The notes under the pieces: generated by a model
What the model was told of the DNA's origin: nothing
Seen by the model: the letters and a program-made list of their open reading frames with translations, nothing else
Database searches by the model: none
IMG/VR virus record: IMGVR_UViG_3300045996_001882
Location: 1 to 58,905 of that record
Reading direction: 5' to 3' (one strand)
Length of the DNA stretch: 58,905 nt
Source: a virus
Lineage: Duplodnaviria > Caudoviricetes
Program-made: the position numbers and the translations under genes
Shown: positions 54,645 to 58,905 of the stretch, piece after piece
Position numbering within the stretch: the stretch's first letter is position 1
How the letters are laid out: every line of letters starts with the position of its first letter

Positions 54645-54899
54645 TTAGTCGTGATCCATGTCGCAGTCGTCGTCGCAGTCGTGCTCGTTGACGAGATCCA
54701 TCAGGTCGTTGAGGAGATCGTCGGACACGTGCCCGTAGTGCTTCGTGATGATGTCGCGCACGGCGAGGTTGTAGATCATCGTGATTCCCGTGTTCGCCTG
54801 CGTGTCCTCGAGCAGGATCAACGGGTCGTCATCGACCGCCTCGGCGTAGGCGTACAGCTCGTCGAGGAACGCGGTGTCAGTTTCGGTTTCGTTCGTCAT
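54645..54899 (-). CDS. Very acidic hypothetical protein (84 aa)
   Basis: Leaderless promoter; Asp/Glu-rich. Confidence 0.65.
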   Translation of the reverse strand: MTNETETDTAFLDELYAYAEAVDDDPLILLEDTQANTGITMIYNLAVRDIITKHYGHVSDDLLNDLMDLVNEHDCDDDCDMDHD

Positions 54900-55006
54900 G
54901 CCACAACACTACCCGCACCTGCAGTCATCGCGCAACCTGAACCTCTGTGACGCAGGTCACACAGTCATGTCTTGACAACACCCCTGCGTCAGGTTAGTGT
55001 TGTGGC

Positions 55007-55315
55007 ATGACGAACAACACGAACAACATCGCCTCGATCATCACCTGCACCGGGCGACGCGGCGCGAAGGCCTGCTCCCACGCTGCGAAGGCGGGTCGCA
55101 CGATTCACGCGATCCCCGCACATCGTGACGACTTCTACCTCGTCCTCCCCACGTATCACTTCACGTCCGCCGAGGAGGCGCTGACGTACGTGTCCAACGC
55201 GTTCGACAACGCGCCCCTCGTCACGTCCGACGCCGATCGCGAGTCGTTCGAGGCTCAGGAGATCGCGTTCAAGATCCCGAGGACGTACGTGCACCCCTCT
55301 CGTCGCAACGTCTGA
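55007..55315 (+). CDS. Hypothetical protein (102 aa)
   Basis: TTGACA-N17-TAGTGT-N6-ATG. Confidence 0.7.
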   Translation: MTNNTNNIASIITCTGRRGAKACSHAAKAGRTIHAIPAHRDDFYLVLPTYHFTSAEEALTYVSNAFDNAPLVTSDADRESFEAQEIAFKIPRTYVHPSRRNV

Positions 55316-55710
55316 TCATTCCCCACACGCCCGACGCTCGGGAGGCGCTGATCGCGTCTCTCGGGCGTTTTCGTGAGCGTCGTGCGTGATCGTGCGTTCG
55401 TACGTGTTGCGGACGAGCACGAGCCTGCTAGCAGGCACGAAACGTCTCTCGTCATTCTCGTCAATCACCATGTAATACCCACGCCCGGCATTGTAGAGAA
55501 TCCTCACCAATCCGACAGTGCCACACGTCGCGTACATTGATTCAGACATTCCCATTCCTCTCTGCACAAAGCCCACACCAGGCGAAATACGATTGGTCGC
55601 AGTTGACGATTCTGCATTCGTATTTCTGGGGGAGCTTGGTGTGGGCTTCATGCTCGGATCATCGTTGCCTGGGCCATCGCTTTGTTCGCAACCCAAGAAA
55701 CTACCCGAAG

Positions 55711-55788
55711 TGAGGGGGGCGGGGCTTGAACCCGCCTTCGGTGAAGATCATTCACCTACTCCCATGCGCGACCCGGAATCGCCCCCTC
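55711..55788 (-). tRNA. Non-canonical tRNA-like cloverleaf, anticodon GAT (Ile-like), no encoded CCA
   Basis: GAGGGGG/CCCCCTC acceptor; ATTCC/GGAGT arm; GGTGA-ATGATCT-TCACC; GCGGG-TTCAAGC-CCCGC; discriminator A. Confidence 0.6.
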
Positions 55789-55796
55789 GGCTTGTG

Positions 55797-56507
55797 TCAG
55801 TCGTCGAGATCCTCGACGTCGTCCTCGTCCTCGTCCTCGAACTCGTCCTCGACGGGCGCCGCGGGCTTGGCGGCCTTCTTGCCGGCGGGCTTCGCGGCCT
55901 TCTTGGCCTTGAGCTCGGCGAGCTTCGCCTTCTTCTCCTTCTCGAGGGTGCCCGAACGCACGTGCTCGACCAGGGCGACGACCACCGGGTCGTTCTCACC
56001 CTCGAAGGAGTACCTGCCGCGCTCCTCGCCGATCTCGCGGTCGAGCTGACCGGACCGCGCCATCTTGCGCAGGAGGGCCCGCAGGTCGTACGGCTTGTAG
56101 ACACGCCCGGTCTGGGTGGCGACGTGGTCCGCGAGCCACGAGGAACCGAACTGGATCGCCGGCTGCTTGGGCTTCACGGCCTTCTTCGCCGGCTTCGCGG
56201 GCTCCTCCGCCGCGGCAGCAGCCTTGCGACGACGCTTCGCCGCAGGCTTGACCTCCTCGGGCTCCTCCTCCTCGGCGAGCTCCTCGTCGTCCTCGTCGTC
56301 GTCCGAGTCCTGCTCTTCGTCCTCGACGGGCTCGGGTTCGGGCGCGGCGGCCTTGCGACGACGCTTGGTCGGTGCCGGCGCGGGGGTCTCCTCGTCCTCG
56401 GACTCGTCGTCCAGCTCGATGTCGTCCAGCTCGTCGGGGTCGACAGTGGCGGGCACAGCGGGCTTCACAGGAGTGGTGGCGCGGCGACGTCGAGTGGTGG
56501 GCGGCAT
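55797..56507 (-). CDS. Histone-like low-complexity protein with central HTH-like domain (236 aa)
   Basis: Alternating D/E and K/A/P tracts; WLADHV...YDLRALLRKM...GRYSF; own TTGACA promoter and GAGG RBS. Confidence 0.75.
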   Translation of the reverse strand: MPPTTRRRRATTPVKPAVPATVDPDELDDIELDDESEDEETPAPAPTKRRRKAAAPEPEPVEDEEQDSDDDEDDEELAEEEEPEEVKPAAKRRRKAAAAAEEPAKPAKKAVKPKQPAIQFGSSWLADHVATQTGRVYKPYDLRALLRKMARSGQLDREIGEERGRYSFEGENDPVVVALVEHVRSGTLEKEKKAKLAELKAKKAAKPAGKKAAKPAAPVEDEFEDEDEDDVEDLDD

Positions 56508-56594
56508 TGCGGTACCTCTTTCGAACTCGGAGAGTGTGCAGTTCAGTTGAAGCGAACAAGAGCCAACATAATGTCTATGCCGGCGGATGTCAAA

Positions 56595-57011
56595 TCATCG
56601 AGCGGTGCGCGAGTTCGTCGCGCGGTACATCGTGCTGTGCTTGGGGTTGGTGACTGCCTCGACCAGATCCCACTCGACCAGCATCTTGAGGACCCGCGTC
56701 ATGCGGGACAGTTCCACGTCGATGTTCTGCGACAGCGTCTGAGCGGTGACCGGGATGACCAGCTGGCGGAGAATCGCCAACACCTGGTTTCCCAGTGCCT
56801 GATCCTCGCTCGGGTCCAGCGCTTCCACACGTCGCTCGAGATCGCTGATTCGTCCGGCGAGAACGAGGAGCGAATCTCGCAATTCGTTACCTCGGCGAAC
56901 ATTCTCGTCACGCATGTTGCGCACCGTCGCGTCGCAGGTGTCGATGTTGGCGCTCAGATTGTCCACAGCGGCCTGAAGCATCGCTGTTGTCACGTACTCG
57001 TCATCGGTCAT
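56595..57011 (-). CDS. Coiled-coil plus winged-helix protein (138 aa)
   Basis: Leaderless promoter; VLAILRQ...TAQTLSQ...RVLKMLVEWDLV. Confidence 0.65.
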   Translation of the reverse strand: MTDDEYVTTAMLQAAVDNLSANIDTCDATVRNMRDENVRRGNELRDSLLVLAGRISDLERRVEALDPSEDQALGNQVLAILRQLVIPVTAQTLSQNIDVELSRMTRVLKMLVEWDLVEAVTNPKHSTMYRATNSRTAR

Positions 57012-57085
57012 GCCAGGAACTGTACGGACAACCTGAGCGCCTCTCAAGTTCAGAGACGAAGACGTCGCTAGGTAGAGTTCTCCAC

Positions 57086-57361
57086 ATGCTGATTCTCCCC
57101 GACCCGAACGAAATCCCCGCCTGGATCTTGTTCGTGGAATGGCGCGAACGTCTCGCCGCACTGAACAAGGGTATCCCGAGCTTGCACGACTCGTGCACCT
57201 ACCTGCGTGAGATCGGTCGTAAGAACCTCGTCGAGGCCGCGTTGCTGGTAACTCAGGATATTCGCCGCGAGCGTTGGCGCAACGAGGGCGGTTACAGCGT
57301 GCCGCTGTCGTTCGACTTCTTCGAGTCGGTTGACTCGTTGTGGGAAACGGTGCGAGATTAA
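57086..57361 (+). CDS. Hypothetical protein (91 aa)
   Basis: TTCAGA-N18-TAGAGT-N7-ATG. Confidence 0.6.
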   Translation: MLILPDPNEIPAWILFVEWRERLAALNKGIPSLHDSCTYLREIGRKNLVEAALLVTQDIRRERWRNEGGYSVPLSFDFFESVDSLWETVRD

Positions 57362-57365
57362 TCCT

Positions 57366-57650
57366 ATGAAGAACACTAACCCGTTCAGTGAATCTGCCCG
57401 GTGCAAAGTCTTCAAGCACGACTTCGACGGTCACATCTTCCTCGAGACGATCAAGAATTCCACACGCTGGGTCGCTCGACTTCAGTGCACAAGGTGCGGA
57501 ACTCGTCGTGTGGATGTCATGATTCCTCTCACCTGCGAACTCGTGTCTCGTCACTACGAATACCCTGACACCTACGACACGCAGCTCGAGCACTCCGACG
57601 CCAAGCGAGTTCTGTTCAAGTTCATGATTCAGGAAGAAGGCAACAACTGA
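57366..57650 (+). CDS. Zinc-binding hypothetical protein (94 aa)
   Basis: C-x4-H...CTRCGTRR...YEYPDTY. Confidence 0.65.
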   Translation: MKNTNPFSESARCKVFKHDFDGHIFLETIKNSTRWVARLQCTRCGTRRVDVMIPLTCELVSRHYEYPDTYDTQLEHSDAKRVLFKFMIQEEGNN

Positions 57651-58045
57651 TGGCACACCTCATCTGCCTGTCCGATCGCCGACGAGTTCTGCGGTTCGAG
57701 GACAAGGACGGTCACACCGTCGTGATCCACCGCGAGGACGGCACCGACTGTCAGTCCGAGTTCGTGCGCATCGGGCGATTCACCTACGCTCCACACGACG
57801 AGCCCCTCGTCGATCAGGTAGCGCTCGGCGTGTACCACGCGACGGCCGTGCTCGGTCGCCTCGTCGCAGTGACCGACCTCGAAGCTCAGGGCAAGGCACT
57901 GATCAAGATGAACCTGCAGAAGGCCGAGCGTCGCAAGCGTCGCGCTCAGCGGTGGGGTCACGCGATCACCGACCTGGGCGAGTCCATGAAGTCGGCGACC
58001 GCCGCCCTCGAGATCCTGAACGGTCAGCTGAACAAGAAGAACTGA
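57650..58045 (+). CDS. Hypothetical protein (131 aa)
   Basis: TGATG overlap with upstream gene. Confidence 0.6.
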   Translation: MAHLICLSDRRRVLRFEDKDGHTVVIHREDGTDCQSEFVRIGRFTYAPHDEPLVDQVALGVYHATAVLGRLVAVTDLEAQGKALIKMNLQKAERRKRRAQRWGHAITDLGESMKSATAALEILNGQLNKKN

Positions 58046-58052
58046 TCGTTCT

Positions 58053-58119
58053 ACTCCAAAGCCCGGGACTCAGTTCAGGCGTCGAGAATGTGCCTGTTCC
58101 GAATCCCGGGCTTTAGAGT
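58053..58119. terminator. Long-stem, possibly bidirectional terminator
   Basis: ACTCcAAAGCCCGGGA ... TCCCGGGCTTTaGAGT, 7 nt after stop codon. Confidence 0.65.
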
Positions 58120-58149
58120 GAGTCTCGCGTGATTCGCGCCTACGTCGTG

Positions 58150-58400
58150 ATCGTATTCGACACACACCTACGGGGGGATGTACTCAACCGTATAAATGTG
58201 TGTATGAATCGGACTGTATTTCGCGGCACGCGAAGCAGCGAATACATCCGATCCTACCCATTATGTGTAAAAAAGCAACTCCTAATACGATACCCGTAGG
58301 CGCTATTTTTCATGATCAAACGAATGATTTTGCATGTGCAAACCTACGGTATGTATTCGTCGCGATTTCGCTGGAAAAATACATACCCCTCAGACAGGTA
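58150..58400. promoter_or_regulatory. Second AT-rich non-coding region carrying the same AATACATAC motif as 33.3-33.5 kb
   Basis: GGTATGTATT (58348-58357) inverted to AATACATACC (58378-58387); ATACATACCCCTCAGA at 58379. Confidence 0.5.
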
Positions 58401-58454
58401 ACTCACGCCTGTCTGTGTGCACATGCAAACCCGACCAGACCTGTCACAGACCTG

Positions 58455-58715
58455 TCACACAGCGCGCGGCGTCGTGTCGGGGTTCGGCGCACCGAGGTCC
58501 GGGCGGAAGGTGTGCTTCGTGTAGAAGGCCACGATCCAGGTCACAGCGGCGGTGACGAGCGCGGTCAGGATCGCCTCGACGACGTCCGACAGAGAGGCCA
58601 GGAACGGAACCTGCTTCATCAGGAACGTCATCAGAAACGCCACGATCAGAGCCGTCGCCGAGGCGGTGGTGACCTTCTTCTCGACCGGCGCGCTGTTGGT
58701 GTGGGAGGTCGTCAT
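58455..58715 (-). CDS. Holin (86 aa, 2 TM)
   Basis: TGATG coupling to endolysin; APVEKKVT start, two hydrophobic helices, YTKHTFRPD. Confidence 0.75.
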   Translation of the reverse strand: MTTSHTNSAPVEKKVTTASATALIVAFLMTFLMKQVPFLASLSDVVEAILTALVTAAVTWIVAFYTKHTFRPDLGAPNPDTTPRAV

Positions 58716-58905
58716 CAGCTGTTCTCCTTCTGAGTGGGGATCTTCGCGGACAGGATCTCGCCCATGCGCTCGAGCGATTCCCTGGCGATCTGACCGGCGA
58801 GCACGTCGTCGCGCGCTTCGGCGACAGAACGCAGAGCTTCGGCGAGAACCGGGGCGAGACCAGCACGAAGGCCGGCCGTCACTGCCTCGACCTGACGCTT
58901 CTCCG
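58715..58905 (-). CDS. 3' end of endolysin (continuation of 1-1019)
   Basis: In-frame ...ESLERMGEILSAKIPTQKENS* with TGA at 58715-58717. Confidence 0.8.
   Translation of the reverse strand, partial: EKRQVEAVTAGLRAGLAPVLAEALRSVAEARDDVLAGQIARESLERMGEILSAKIPTQKENS
58779..58905. repeat. Exact copy of bases 1-127
   Basis: Direct comparison. Confidence 0.95.

Larger units (their letters stand above)
49401..57085. promoter_or_regulatory. Array of 14 related sigma70/HrdB-type promoters, 12 directly abutting a leaderless ATG
   Basis: -35/-10 spans: minus 49407-49436, 50060-50089, 50616-50645, 51000-51029, 51458-51487, 52582-52610, 53009-53037, 54342-54371, 54595-54624, 54906-54935, 56565-56593, 57019-57047; plus 54972-55000, 57049-57078; mostly TTGnnn-N17/18-TAnnnT. 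Confidence 0.8.

Noticed and set aside
49401-55000. Recurring promoter motif as CRISPR repeats or integron attC sites
   Set aside because: Copies are degenerate, spaced by whole genes and fit -35/-10 geometry; no integron integrase
55518-57071. 517-aa plus-strand ORF
   Set aside because: Antisense to low-complexity minus-strand genes that have clear promoters
58200-58733. 177-aa plus-strand ORF
   Set aside because: Spans non-coding AT-rich DNA and the antisense of the holin
58779-58905. 127-bp terminal direct repeat as the physical genome end
   Set aside because: It falls mid-gene and its length matches a typical assembler k-mer overlap; treated as a circularisation artefact

Overview
The window is an apparently complete, circularly assembled genome of a high-GC tailed phage (siphovirus architecture, most likely infecting an actinomycete). 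It has 58,778 unique bp; bases 1-127 are repeated exactly at 58779-58905. (1) Minus strand, 33.2 kb down to 1 and wrapping to 58.45 kb: many small genes, then terminase, portal, MuF, scaffold, capsid, head-tail, tail, tape measure, minor tails, membrane proteins, a DUF1906/GH25-like endolysin and a holin. (2) Plus strand, 33.5-48.7 kb: primase-helicase, SNF2 helicase, a nucleotide cluster, a family A polymerase with an N-terminal UDG-like domain, Cas4-like nuclease, ThyX, Sak4-like ATPase, SSB-like protein and VRR-NUC. The nucleotide cluster holds a dNMP kinase, MazG, two divergent thymidylate-synthase-fold paralogues that both carry the dCMP-type Asp, and a dCMP deaminase. (3) 48.8-58 kb: an array of mostly single-gene cassettes, each behind its own sigma70-type promoter with a leaderless ATG; seven otherwise unrelated proteins here share an H-x2-C-x-H-x9-C-R peptide module. 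Strongest leads: a probable cytosine-modification pathway built on a TS pair, the seven-copy His/Cys module, a non-canonical tRNA-like cloverleaf, a shared AATACATAC motif at two AT-rich strand-switch regions, and a candidate +1 tail-chaperone frameshift. I saw no integrase, repressor or CRISPR array. All calls come from manual motif reading; no database searches were run.
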